Assembly: GCA_030141605.1 (NCBI GenBank)
Contig: JAQGDQ010001072.1
Span: 1-64,000, forward strand
DNA: 64,000 nt
Source of the DNA: Tubiluchus corallicola
Taxonomy: Eukaryota; Animalia; Priapulida
Direction: 5' to 3'
Part shown: piece by piece, positions 14,887-27,420 of the stretch
Layout of the letters: every line of letters starts with the position of its first letter
How positions within the stretch are numbered: position 1 is the stretch's first letter
Translations under genes and position numbers: made by a program
Notes under the pieces: generated by a model
What the model was told of the DNA's origin: nothing
The model's database searches: none
Seen by the model: only the letters and a program-made list of their open reading frames with translations

Positions 14887-15314
14887 GCAGGAGGGGTCTG
14901 CCGGATACCAGTCATTACTACGACAACGGTGACGCATCCTACACAAACAGCGAGGGAGGCTACGGCTTAGGAAGCAATGGACCACCCACCATAAGCGGTG
15001 GGTACGGCTTAGGAAGCAATGGACCACCCACCATAAGCGGTGAACTGCGGTCGTTCTTGACCGAGAACATGGGCTACAGTATCGGCAACCTGGGAGTCGA
15101 TGTCAGCAAACCGCCAAAGCCCAAAACTGGGATACCGAGAGGACTTAATGGACCGAAAATAAATGAGCAGGGGATACCTGACGGGTCGTCGGCACCAGAT
15201 GGATTTGGATTAGGGTACAACGGCCCGCCGTTGGGCTTTACTGCTAGACCTCAACCATTGCCTGCACCAAACGTGCCAAAGAAAAATCGACGAAGAAACA
15301 GGAAGAGGTATTAA
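14887..15314 (+). CDS. secreted Gly/Pro-rich protein, terminal coding exon 3
   Basis: TTTCCTAG acceptor, phase-compatible with exon 2. GC-richer coding-like frame with GYGLGSNGPP twice and GFGLGYNGPP, ending KKNRRRNRKRY-stop. Confidence 0.8.
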
Positions 15315-16383
15315 TTAAAGGAAGACAGGATGATTTGTTACGAAGAAAAAAACTTTAACGACCCAAAATACTTATTATTAAGGCCAGTGTGAACCTGACT
15401 TAATAAATTTTAATTTTGTAGCCACGGTGGCTCCATCTAGCTAGAAAGTTTGCATTGACCTAGTTACGTTTTTCATTTATGCTGTGAACATGTGAGTAAA
15501 CATGTGTCTTGTACAAGCTAGTGAAATTTCTCATTAGATATATGCTGCAACGATGTAAGTTTACTTCTATTAATTTTTATTTTGATTTATTCACTGATAT
15601 TTATGAATGGACTAAACTATGTAACAATCTAACTAAATTAGCCAATGTCAGTCACCTTTGCCTTTCTATTTTTTTTGTTTTAAATGTTGCAGAAATAAAG
15701 ATCAGTGGTTTATATGAAAATTCAACTGAGACTTTTGAAGTTGTTATAAATGCCTCTCAGAGACACTAAAACTTATCATTATAACATTGCAAGTTCAATC
15801 GTCAAATGTGCACTTGTACAGCAGAAATGTCCGGAAATTGGCAGTTAAGCTCTTTTTATTTATTCACGTTTCTCAAATCCCTATTTCATCAGGATTATTT
15901 CGATATCAAGTTAACTCCTCTATGTTATTTCTAAGCTGAGATAATTCAAAAAATTGAGGTGCAGCCTGGGTGTACCGTGACGCCTGTCATTCAACGTCAA
16001 CATTTTTCTTGTTAATGGCATTTTTTCTCCTTATAAATAATTTGAAATAGTCCCTGATTCGTTTGTCTCATTTTATATTTACATTTCACCTCATTTCAAA
16101 TTCCCTGGTTTAAATATATACTGAACTAGAGATTTACTGCATACTTTGAATTCATGCTGTTTGTTTTACATAAGACCTTAAAAATTTGTTATTAACCTGC
16201 ATGTTTACCTATAAAAAGGTGTATTACCTTGGATCTGAGAACATTTGTCTAGGTGAGAGGCATATGTTCCACTGACAGGTACTGTTTTCTCTTTATAATG
16301 TTATTGCTGTTTTTCGTTCATATTATTGCTTGATCTGCATATTATTTTTTGAATGATGAATTGGCTTCGCTTGATAAACTTAA

Positions 16384-16945
16384 AGGAAGACAGGATGATC
16401 TTTCATATACTACCCCATTTTCAAATTCGATAAAAATTATACATTTTAACACAATACTGCAAAAGCGTTTCCGGTAATTAAATAATAAATTGAAATCTTA
16501 ATTACCAATTGACGAGCCCAACGATTGATGACACCACAAACTAACATAATTTTCAACAGCAAAAACGTTCCACGAGCGTGTTGCACGTGTTTGCGAGAGA
16601 AAATTGAAGTACAATGCTACTGTAAGATATTCAGTGTGTTGTACTAAAACTATGCAAGTTTTAAGATAAAAATTCAAATTTGAAATTCACCGCTGTGCTC
16701 ACGCATGAGCTGTCGAACCATGTGTGGTTCGTCACAAACTAACACATAGGAACCTTCTTTCTTGCAATGCGTTTCTGAAATGCAGGCGCTAGTGTCTGTC
16801 TAACTAGCGAATGGTGAAATGCACGTAACAGCGAGGACTAGTAGCGCCAACGTGAAATTGTGCTTGCGTGGTAATAATTCTTTCACGTAAGTCATTTTTG
16901 AAAAAATAGTGTGTTCCCTTTCAATATTTTAAAGATTAGATTGTT
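16384..16945 (+). mobile_element. Kolobok-like element, family K2, left end and body
   Basis: TTAA followed by the left terminus AGGAAGACAGGAT; the body is shared with 12380-12714 and 35185-35654. Confidence 0.6.
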
Positions 16946-17320
16946 TTAAAACAATGTTACGCTTCATGAAATGCCGTGATTAGATTAAAACAGGCAAAAA
17001 CCACAATTTATTTATATAATAATAATTTTCCTCTAAGATCATTGTAATATGGGCATTTTATAATAAAGGGCTTTTGTAGTTTGCAAATATGTCATGTCAG
17101 TCGATAAAGAGCATGATACACCAAAACAACCAACGTCTGGCTTCCATAATCCAAAACAACCAACGTCTGGCTTCCATAATTACGCGATCTTGTCGTATAG
17201 AATTTAATACGGGCTAGTAACGTTCAAATTGGTGAAAAAAACATTAAATTGTTCGAGTAATGCTGTTAGTTTTAAACTAACATGTTATTCTTATCGGAAA
17301 ATAGCAATTACTCCATAGTA

Positions 17321-17875
17321 CAGTTAACCTCGGATACAAGGGACACCTCCGGACCGGGAAAAACCGTCCCTTATCTCCAGTGTCCCTTATAGCCGTATAG
17401 CCGAAGTCGAGTCAGACCGAGGGTGTATCTAGACCTGTACTTTTCTGTACTTTTACCCGTATTTTTATGGATTATAGCTACACATTCAGTGCAAACGGTA
17501 TGTAGGAAGCTCCTTCAGTGATGCAAGATGTATGTGACTGAGGAAACCGAGCTGTTCGAAGGCCGAGTTTGCGAAAAATTGAGGTTAAAAATCAATCAAT
17601 TTCAATTTGATCATAGGGTCCCTTATATGCGAGGTAATTTACCTGGGTTTCCATTACACGGGACCTGAAGATATTGTCCCTTATAACCGAAGGTCCCTTA
17701 TATCCGAGTACCTTACATACGAAGATTTTTACATAGGAAAAACGTTACGAAAAATCGGGACTGGTGTTGGTGGTCCTTTATAAGACAGTGTCCTTTATAC
17801 GCGAGTACCTTATAAGCGAGTGTACCTTATAAGCGAGTACTTTATGAGCGAGTACCTTATACCCGAGGTTGACTG
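17321..17875. mobile_element. Tc1/pogo (Tigger-like) MITE
   Basis: TA followed by the TIR CAGTTAACCTCGGATACAAGG ... CCTTATACCCGAGGTTGACTG, with repeated CCTTAT subterminal motifs. The right TA is degenerate. Confidence 0.8.
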
Positions 17876-18559
17876 AAATATAGAATTTAATAACGCTCAG
17901 AACCACATAAATTAGTGAAAAAACATTAAATTGTTCGAGTAATGCTGTTGGTTTTAAACTAACATGTTATTCTTATCCGAAAATAGCAATTATTCCATAC
18001 TATAAATAATTGAAGCCACAACACCAAGAATTGCTCGAAGTAATCGATTACTTATGATCGATTACGTCCACTACTACTCAACACACCACAGGTAATTGTG
18101 TGCTGAGATTCAAATATAAAAAGCCATAAATCCATATTAGAGATGCGCAGAACTAAACTACCCCCCTACGCATTGTGAAGTCTGGATACGCCCCCGTGTG
18201 AATTATTTACAGCTAAAACTAAGAAACATTAATAAATTTACTGCTGTCTAAAAGTTCTCGGTATTGTGGACCCCTATTAACACTTTAATTTTACGTCTGG
18301 CACACACACACACACATATATATATATATAACGCGAGTCATATATGACACGCAACACACTAATAAAAATGCTAAGCTGCGTACGGTGACGTCTGATTCGA
18401 GTACGAGGAGTGGATGAAAACGGTGACACAGTTTTGACCATTAATCTATGGCTGTATGCTGCTTTATGGTTATTGGTTTTCAGTTCACATGTGGACATGT
18501 GAAATGGCTGTCAGTTTATAAGATTTAGAGTCGTCTCTGTATATTTAAGTACCTCAGCA

Positions 18560-19090
18560 CAGAGTTTTGTTGGAACAGCGCATAAGTTATCGAGTTAATT
18601 CTACACGTTGTGTAACCTACTTGGAATTGAACCCCGGTCTCGAAATTCCTCGTTTTGAATCGACAATATTTGAGCATCATCGGATAAGCTTCACGCGTCT
18701 TCAATCACATAGGCTGCGGATAGAAACGGGTAGATGGGCGAGACAGCCAAGGGAAAATGTCCATGTGGGGACATTCAAACTGAGAAACACGTTATACAGA
18801 CACGCCCCCTAACGTCAAATATTAGAAACCGCTACGACAATGTAAACTTTGCTGATTTAACTCACTTCTTTGAGCACACTAATTCTTATATAATATGTTA
18901 TGAAATTTTGCAACTTTTATGCTATGTACCTTGTATGCATAACACTGTTTTTAATGCTATAACCTTGAGTAGGAAATGTACGTAAAGTGACAATCTGGAC
19001 TAAAATCACTAATGTATCGATTGTGGCATTTACCTCGTCCGTCGTGTATACATGTAACTTGTTTTAGTCAATAAACTACATACATACATG
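18560..19090 (+). mobile_element. 5'-truncated LINE 3' end (RTEX/Proto2-like C-terminal CCHC region)
   Basis: SHRLRIETGRW..CPCGDIQTEKHVI across a frameshift, followed by AATAAA and an (ACAT)n tail. The clade assignment is tentative. Confidence 0.7.
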
Positions 19091-19198
19091 CAGAACCAAG
19101 TTGTGTCTTTGGTTTAAATTGTTGAGTTTCACTTGTGTAATTGCGTTCTTGATAACGTGGTATAGGTTTTTTGTTGCGCTGTATATGTGTGTAATTGT

Positions 19199-19574
19199 TA
19201 GGGGTGAGCATTCTCTACCAGAAAGCGAATTCGAACCGAATTTGTGACTTTCGAATTTGAATCGAACCGAACTTCAGTGTTTCGAATTCGAATTGAGATT
19301 GAACGATTTTCGAACCACCAGTAAAAATTAATCTTACAAAGATCATGCATATCACTAGATTTTGTTCTGCAATAAAACTAGTAATTTCTTTAAAATTGTG
19401 TACAGAAATCACAGCTAAATTATGCTAATTGCATGATGTTTCAATCGTTTTAATGATAAAGAACATATGTGATTGAAGTGCTGAATTATTCGAATGTATA
19501 GTTTTGGATTCGAATCGAGTTCGAACTAAAAAAACTCGTTCGAATCGAATACGAGCGTTCGATGCTCACCCCTA
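19199..19574 (-). mobile_element. hAT-type MITE, family A
   Basis: Reverse copy of 1569-2011 with a perfect 8-bp TSD GTAATTGT. Confidence 0.9.
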
Positions 19575-20315
19575 GTAATTGTATCTTTATAATCGGTGTT
19601 TGTATTGTGTGATTTGTTATTGTAATTACCCAATAAATATAAATATAAAATTTAATATCATTTTTTGTATATACAACTGATGTCCCAGCTTTTACTGTAA
19701 ATGAATCTTACTGCAAGATTTTTTCATTTCGATATATGAAAATTCCTTTTACAGTTTAGTATTGTTTTTATTCTAAATGTACGGGGTTACAATAATATTT
19801 TCAGTTCTTAGGCCTAAAAACAACAACAAAAAAATCAGTCAAAATAAGCACGTCGCGTAGGGGTGCTACCCCGTCATGAACCGATGTCAGGAGTCTAGCT
19901 AGGGGGCCGGTAAGCTCCCCCAGTCCTGGAAACCAAGCATTACCTGCACTTTAGATGTTTTATGAGGTGTTTTTAAAAAAAAACTAAAATCAAGAAATTC
20001 TAATAACAAAGTGGTGCAAACTCTTTATTTTAGACTCCAAAAATCCCTGAAAGTGTAAAACTTACAAAAGTGCAAACATCGATTTTTGGAGTTTCTTCAT
20101 GGTCACATTATGTAGATGGGTTGAAATGACGAAGCCATGCAAATGATTAAACTTAATTTAATAAGTTTACTGTCACCTTAACTATTAGAGACTCAACTGG
20201 TTTTTTTGGCTAAATCTTTTACAAAGTAGCACGCAAGTTGTCGAAATCAAGAGGTTTCAGAATTTTTCAAAAATTGGACCGAACTATGAATTTGTGGCTG
20301 AATATCAGGAGACTC

Positions 20316-21192
20316 CGGCCAAATCACGACTGGTGGCAACCCTAGACTCCAGGACCAGGCCAAATCAAGACTGGTGGTAAACCGGTAGTGGTGCTGACAA
20401 GCCACTGACTTTCCATCTAAATTAAAGTATTTTGTCTTAAATGCTCGCCTGCTTATATGGCTGGGCATCCTGCTCTCTGTAATGATTCAAGCGAGCAGTA
20501 ATGGTAGTTGCGGTAGCATCAGCATGGATTCTTAAACACAGAAAGATTTAAACACTTCAGCATTGATCCTTAAAAATAAATGCATTTGGGGCATTGCAGG
20601 AAGTCCTGGCATAGAGAGGTGAGCAGAATCATGTCCCAGATGTATGATTCATTGGATGATGAGGACTGGTGACAACCCTAGACTCCAGGGCCAGGCCAAA
20701 TCAGGACTGGTGGCAACCCTAGGCTCCAGGACCAGGCCAAATCAGGACTGGTGGCAACCCTAGACTCCAGGACCAGGCCAAATCAGGACTGGTGGTAAAC
20801 CGGTAGTGGTGCTGACAAGCCACTGACTTTAATTTTCCATCTAAATTAAAGTATTTTGTCTTAAATGCTCGCCTGCTGATATGGCTGGGCATCCTGCTCT
20901 CTGCAATGATTCAAGCGCGTAGTAATGGTAGTTGCGGTAGCATCAGCATGGATTCTTAAACACAGAAAGATTTAAACACTTCAGCATTGATCCTTAAAAA
21001 TAAATGTAATTGGGGCATTGCGGCAAGCAGGAAGTCCTGGCATAGGGAGGTGAGCAGAATCATGTCCCTGACGTAAGATTCATTGGATGATGAGGACTGG
21101 TGACAACCCTAGACTCCAAAGGTAGGCCAAATCAGGACTGGTGGCAACCCTAGACTCCAGGGGTAGGCCAAATCAGGACTGGTGGCAACCCT
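20316..21192. repeat. ~430-bp tandem duplication punctuated by 41-bp repeats containing TGGCAACCCTA
   Basis: 20316-20690 is similar to 20738-21120. The 41-bp unit is GGCCAAATCAGGACTGGTGGCAACCCTAGACTCCAGGACCA. Confidence 0.85.
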
Positions 21193-21425
21193 AAATGGCA
21201 GCGACATGTGGCAGATTACAGATTCGATTTGCAAAATGGATGATGACAAGTTTCTTCTAGTAAACAAAACATTTATATATATAACCCTTCTATACAAGAC
21301 AATTGTGATATGTGAAATGTCTATCTTACCATGAAAAACAAATTGTATAACAAATAAATAAATAAATAATAGATAACAATAAATAATCAATATACACACA
21401 CACACACACACACAAACACGCACGT

Positions 21426-21462
<37 letters not shown>

Positions 21463-21904
21463 CATCCTATTTTGTAATGTATTTTACTTTTTTTGTATAA
21501 TCAGAGAAACGACAGTGAAATTCGATGAACTCGGCTTTTGTATCAGTAGGTTTTCGACTTTTCTGAGACTAAATGAAATGACTGTTATTTCCGTTTATTG
21601 GGGTTTCGGGCAATGGGGCTTGCTTCATTTTCTCCCGACTTGAGGAAAAGCCCTTCACCACGTCTCTCACGGGACTGCACATCTCTTAGTGAAAAAACTG
21701 CCACTCCTGTCCTCTTAAAAACGTGACCCTCTCATTCCGGAAAACAATGCTGCATTTGGCGAAGAAGAGGAGGTCTTTTTCCCAAGCTAAGGAAGAAACT
21801 GCACACATAGTAATTTGTTTCTTCATTTACAAAGGCCTTTAATGAAAAAACTAATTGGGCTGAAGTTTACAATTCCCACTCACATTAAATTAGTTCCTGA
21901 AGTG

Positions 21905-22295
21905 GATTAGGATTTGGTTAGGGTTGAGGTTAGAGATCGGGTTAGGGCTAGGATTAGGATTAGGTTAGGGTTGAGGTTGAGGTTAGACCTAGGGTTAGGA
22001 TTAGGTTAGGGTTGAGGTTAGAGCTCGGGTTAGGGCTAGGATTAGGATTAGGTTAGGGTTGAGGTTAGAGCTAGGGTTAGGGCTAGGATTAGGATTAGGT
22101 TAGGGTTGAGGTTAGACCTAGGGTTAGGGCTAGGATTAGAATTAGGTTAGGGTTGAGGTTAGAGCTAGGGTTAGGGCTAGGATTAGGATTAGGTTAGGGT
22201 TGAGATTAGACCTAGGGTTAGGATTAGGTTAGGGTTGAGGTTAGAGCTAGGGTTAGGGCTAGGATTAGGTTAGGGTTGAGGTTAGAGCTAGGGCA
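21905..22295 (+). repeat. interstitial telomere-like (GGGTTA-derived) array with ~47-bp higher-order unit
   Basis: The unit GGGTTA GGGCTA GGATTA GGATTA GGTTA GGGTTGA GGTTA GAGCTA is repeated about 8 times with variants. Confidence 0.85.
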
Positions 22296-23207
22296 GGGAT
22301 GAGAATTACAAATTGCAGAAAACTCTGAAACAGGCAGTAGGCAGCAACAAATTACAATTTCGTGGCCATAGAGAGCCTCTAAGTGGACTTAAAATGGGCA
22401 CTGTAATCTTTTTAATACTTAGGACCTCTTGACGTCTTAGTCGGGCTGCGAGTCAAGTAATCATGCAAGGACTTTCAGTTAGAAGCAGACTTCATAATAC
22501 TGACTTTAAAATTGATGAGTACATAATTGTACAGCGTGTGACTGGATATCAAGTGATACATTTTAGCACAAAATTGAGACCAAAAACAGCATAATAGTTT
22601 CAGACATCTTTATGTAACTAACAAATGTATATACACAAATAAAATCCAGTTTTATAATTTAAGCTGATCAGGTGAAACTTAATCTGTTTCTGTATTTTGG
22701 GGTTTTTCGCCCCGTTTGTGTGGTATCCAACGAGGTTTTCCTCTTTTTTGCCGCAAGCGATTCATCTCATCTCTAAAATCCTTGTGTTCATCCCTAGAAA
22801 AATGGAAATAATCAATTTTTGCTTTCCTAATTCAGAATTACGTCTTTTCCAGGCATGCCTATCTACTTAAAACTAACTGGGTCCTATTAAAAAAGAGAGT
22901 TTATCTATGTGACCTAGCAAGCCTTGTCTTAATGTGCAAAGCAGTCCAATTCTCCTAACTTTGTTTACAAACATGAAGCTACACGTCTTTTTACTGCATC
23001 TTTTTCTTTTCTACAGGTCTCTTAATTTGTTATCTATAATTTTTTTTGTAAATACATAATTATTAATGAATCCCTGTACTCTAGGTTTTGCCTATATAAT
23101 TAGTTGGTTTGTTTGTGTAAACTACATGCCATATAGACATACTTCTACTTAAGCTCTCAAGTTTTTGAATTTTTTATACCAAAAATTTTCAAAATTTTGC
23201 AAACGTA

Positions 23208-24165
23208 GAGTAGATATTGTTGTTTTGTTAAAATACAACACAAAAACTAATTACCAATTTTAACAGATTTAAACACCTTTATAGGCATAGAGCACATATT
23301 GTTGTTTTGTTAAAAGGCAACACAAAAACTAATTACCAATTTTAACAGATTTAAACACCTTTATAGGCAAAGAGCACATATTGTTGTTTTGTTAAAAGGC
23401 AACACAAAAACTAATTACCAATTTTAACAGATTTAAACACCTTTATAGGCAAAGAGCACATATTGTTGTTTTGTTAAAAGACAACACAAAAACTAATTAC
23501 CAATTTTAACAGATTTAAACACTTTATAGGCATAGAGCACATATTGTTGTTTTGTTAAAAGACAACACAAAAACTAATTACCAATTTTAACAGATTTAAA
23601 CACCTTTATAGGCATAGAGCACATATTGTTGTTTTGTTAAAAAGACAACACAAAACACTAACTAAATTTTAACAGATTTAAACACCTTTATAGGCAAAGA
23701 GCACATATTGTTGTTTTGTTAAAAGGCAACACAAAAACTAATCACCAATTTTAACAGATTTAAACACCTTTATAGGCAAAGAGCACATATTGTTGTTTTG
23801 TTAATACAAAACTTCACCAATTTTAACAGATTTAAACACCTTTATAGGCATAAAGCACATATTGCTGTTTTGTTAAAAGGCAACACAAAAAGTAATTACC
23901 AATTTTAACAGATTTAAACACTTTATAGGCATAGAGCACATATTGTTGTTTTGTTAAAAGACAACACAAAAACTAATTACCAATTTTAACAGATTTAAAC
24001 ACCTTTATAGGCATAGAGCACATATTGTTGTTTTGTTAAAAGACAACACAAAAACTAATTACCAATTTTAACAGATTTAAACACTTTATAGGCATAGAGC
24101 ACATATTGTTGTTTTGTTAAAAGGCAACACAAAAACTAATTACCAATTTTAACAGACTTAAGCAC
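23208..24165. repeat. 82-bp minisatellite, ~12 copies
   Basis: AGAGCACATA recurs at 23289, 23371 and onward (period 82). Confidence 0.95.
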
Positions 24166-24607
24166 CCAGAATTCATCTTTTTTATTGCCAAAATTGGCCT
24201 AAAAGTTGCTAAAATATAGGAATTGTGTCCCCCCTTGGGGACCTTAGAGTGCTCCTACATGCCCCTAGCTGTTTGTAAAGGGCACAAACTTCAATTGTTC
24301 AATGCCTTCAATTTAAATGTAAGCCACAGAGCATAACGTGGCGGATTTAGTTAAGCCGGTTTCTAATGTAGTACAATTTTTCTCTTGTAACTAGGTTTAA
24401 CAGACATTGCAAGCAGACAAAAAGAAATTAATCAGTAGAAATGTGAATAAAGCTCATAAAACATTTAGTTTATACGATTTAAGTCGCATCAATTTCTTTC
24501 CCTCTAAAACGTATCTCTGTTCTTTTACATTACTTTCTATGGAAATCTTTCATTTAACAATGTTTCGCTTAGCATCGCATTTTGCTCTAATGCATTAGCA
24601 TTGTTAA

Positions 24608-25155
24608 AGGAAGACCGGACGATTGTTTAGATTAAATCTCATTTTAATTTACTGTCCGAAATATACATTTTCTTGCCTATCAAAGTTAGCAATTGTACCT
24701 TATATTTGAATAATTAGCTTAGAAAGTTAATTAACGGCAACCATACACAGCTATTGCTTATGTCAGAAACTAGCCACAGTTTGTGCAATGGCAGGCATCT
24801 CGCTTGCACATCAAGCACGTTTGCATAAGTGTTACCGTACTGTGTAAATGCATGATGTCACAAAAAATGGGCTTTACATCATATGACGTCAGAAACTAAC
24901 ACAGCAGTTCATGATCATGGTTATCACAGTGCCACCTTCTATTTGTCGGCCGAGCGCACATGACAAAAAAGCGCCGTTGCCAATCTTAGTAGATTCACTG
25001 ACCCGCATGAAGCTTTGAAAGTTTAACAAAATTTGAGTATCCGAGGTAATTATTATTTAATATTAGCTTTGATTTAAAAAAGGCTATTGTAATTTTCAAT
25101 ATTTTAGAGTATTCTTTATTCTGAACTCGTGTTTACACAATCATCCAGTTTTCCT
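24608..25155 (+). mobile_element. Kolobok-like MITE, family K1
   Basis: TTAA|AGGAAGACCGGACGATTG ... CAATCATCCAGTTTTCCT|TTAA, i.e. a TTAA TSD with RR..YY termini. A second copy lies at ~36990-37532. Confidence 0.75.
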
Positions 25156-26784
25156 TTAAGCAGCACAGATTTTTTGCCTCTGGAACGTATCTCAGTTCTC
25201 TCACATTACTTCCTATGAAAGTTTTCGCTTAACGATGTTTTGCTTTTTGCGCTAATGCTTCACATTAGCCTCGTTAAGCAAGGACTTAGGCTTACTGCAC
25301 TAAGATTACTAAGTGATCAGCAAATCAAATGCACAAAAAAGGAATGAGGGACAGTCAATTAGAATTATTTCACTAACCTGTACAAGCCATATTGCCTTAG
25401 CTTTGTCATAAGTATCTCAATGGCGGGGATGTTGGGATAATAGTTTACAAATCTGTCGTTTTTGTAATAAGGCTCCTCCCCAAAAAGTCTCAAGACCTGA
25501 AATAAAGCGAATTAGTGAAATTTCAATTAACATGTAAATATAAAAGTTGGTTGTAATATATATATATATATAAAAAAATATGCAAAATTAAAAGAAATGC
25601 AAAAATTAAGTATTCACTTATTTGAATAGCCCAATTGTATTTATGTACTTGCTGCAGACAGAACTGTAAGAAACACAACATATGAATTAAACAAAAACGG
25701 TTTGCAAACTGCACCTTGCAGGGTACTCTAAAAATTTACACCTGCATATGTTGTAAGGACATGAATACAAAGCACGAAGCAGCCGATTTTTAGGTATAAA
25801 TTAAACAGTGATGGTTCCAAAACTACACCTTGAGGAACCCTTATTGTGTTTATAAATGTTAGCAGATCAATGATGGAATAAATGACGATTGTGCTAAAAT
25901 TACGCCATGGAAATTTTGAATGACATTAAAAGCTGTAGAAACAATATATATATAAACAATATATATTCAAAAACATCATCAGTGAATACTCGAGCGATCA
26001 CGCCATGCACCACGCATTGTAGTTTATGCATTATATACACACGAAAACACTTCCACATGTTTAAATGCAAACTATTGTATACATAGGCATCACGAATCGT
26101 GCAACATGCGTACATGGAGCCCTAGATTTGTTCACATAATACAGTGGTTCCCAAACTTTGTGGGTCATGACACCAAAAGGGTCATGAGCCTTTTTCTGGG
26201 AGTCATGGAGTTTGTATCAAATAAGCAAATGCATCCGTCTCACTAAAATACATAATTAAATCAATCCTTGTTAATAAAGATTAATACACATTCATGAATA
26301 ATAATAAAGATTTTTTATGCTCTCTCTGCTGTTAATCTTTTAAATTTTAAAATAATCTATATGCGATGTTAAAAATTAGTACGTTTTCAGAATGCAGCTA
26401 GGGGTCATTGTACGTTTGGTGAAAGGGGTTACGCGCTAGAAAAGCAGTTTGTTATTTCACTTGACTCATTGTTAGTTCTTTGGTGCCAAAAGATATGGTT
26501 CAAACAGTTTCAGTTGTAACTAAATACCTTTTTAGACTTGTGGTCAACTGGTCTCACAACTTCTCCAAAAATTCTTGCACTAAGTCTTGCCATTCGTTTT
26601 GCATAGTTTGACGATGACATTGTTTTACCTCAGTATCAAAGATCAATGAATATACAGAACATCTACAACTCTGAAATAAAAAAAGTGCACTCGGACCTTA
26701 ATTCTTTCAGGACTGTAAGAGTTTATTGCATTTTGCTTGTGTTCATGAAAAACTGTTCTCACTAAGCACCGATTACATTATATT

Positions 26785-27420
26785 TGTGCTTGCAAACCAA
26801 AACCATCCATAAGTCGGCACAGTTAAAACTACGTTATGATGCTTCAAAGTAGCATGCACCAAAAATTTGGTCAAATGTCAATTTTTTATTTTTTTATGAA
26901 AACAAACGCTAAATATATTGGACTTTTACATTTTAGCATCAAATTGTAAGGGAAATTACAAAAAATACTAAAAATCTAATTTTATAACTCCTTACCCACT
27001 TTTTTGTCTAGAAACTGTACCAGTTGCAATTGTAAAAAAACTTGTATTTCCAAACTCCTATTGTAGCTCGAGTAAGCAGTCATTTTCCTTCAGGTTTTTT
27101 TTCTGTTGGCAAGACCAGATCTTCGTCAGGAAGAGTCATCTACTGGATTTAAATGTAACTTCAATTTGCTCTTGTAAAATCCATAGCAACCACAGTTTCA
27201 CACGGTTGCAAAGTGTTTTGTAGAGACGCGACAAAAACAATGGCTGACTTTAACAGCCTTTTTCTCTAGGTCACTTTTTCTCTAGGTATGTAGCTTAGAA
27301 ATAACATAGAGTGATGAGTTTGGTATCAAAATGATCCTCATGAAAGGGAGATTCATGACATGTGAATAATTAGAAAAGCTTAGTTGCCAGCTTATGGACG
27401 ATTTTGCTATGCAAACACAC
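26785..27420 (+). mobile_element. unclassified MITE family M (~40-bp imperfect TIR GTGTGCTTGCA.., ATAT/TA flanks)
   Basis: TIRs TGTGCTTGCAAACCAAAACCATCCATAAG and CTTATGGACGATTTTGCTATGCAAACACAC. Further copies at 47682-48338, 50512-51725 and 55438-55555. Confidence 0.75.

Noticed and set aside
25790-25845. GVPQGVVLEPSLFNLY RT-like motif on the minus strand
   Set aside because: Probably a very old LINE scrap, but too short and decayed to delimit.
26141-26445. Charlie-like MITE starting CAGTGGTTCCCAAACT
   Set aside because: Only one terminus is visible and there is no TSD.
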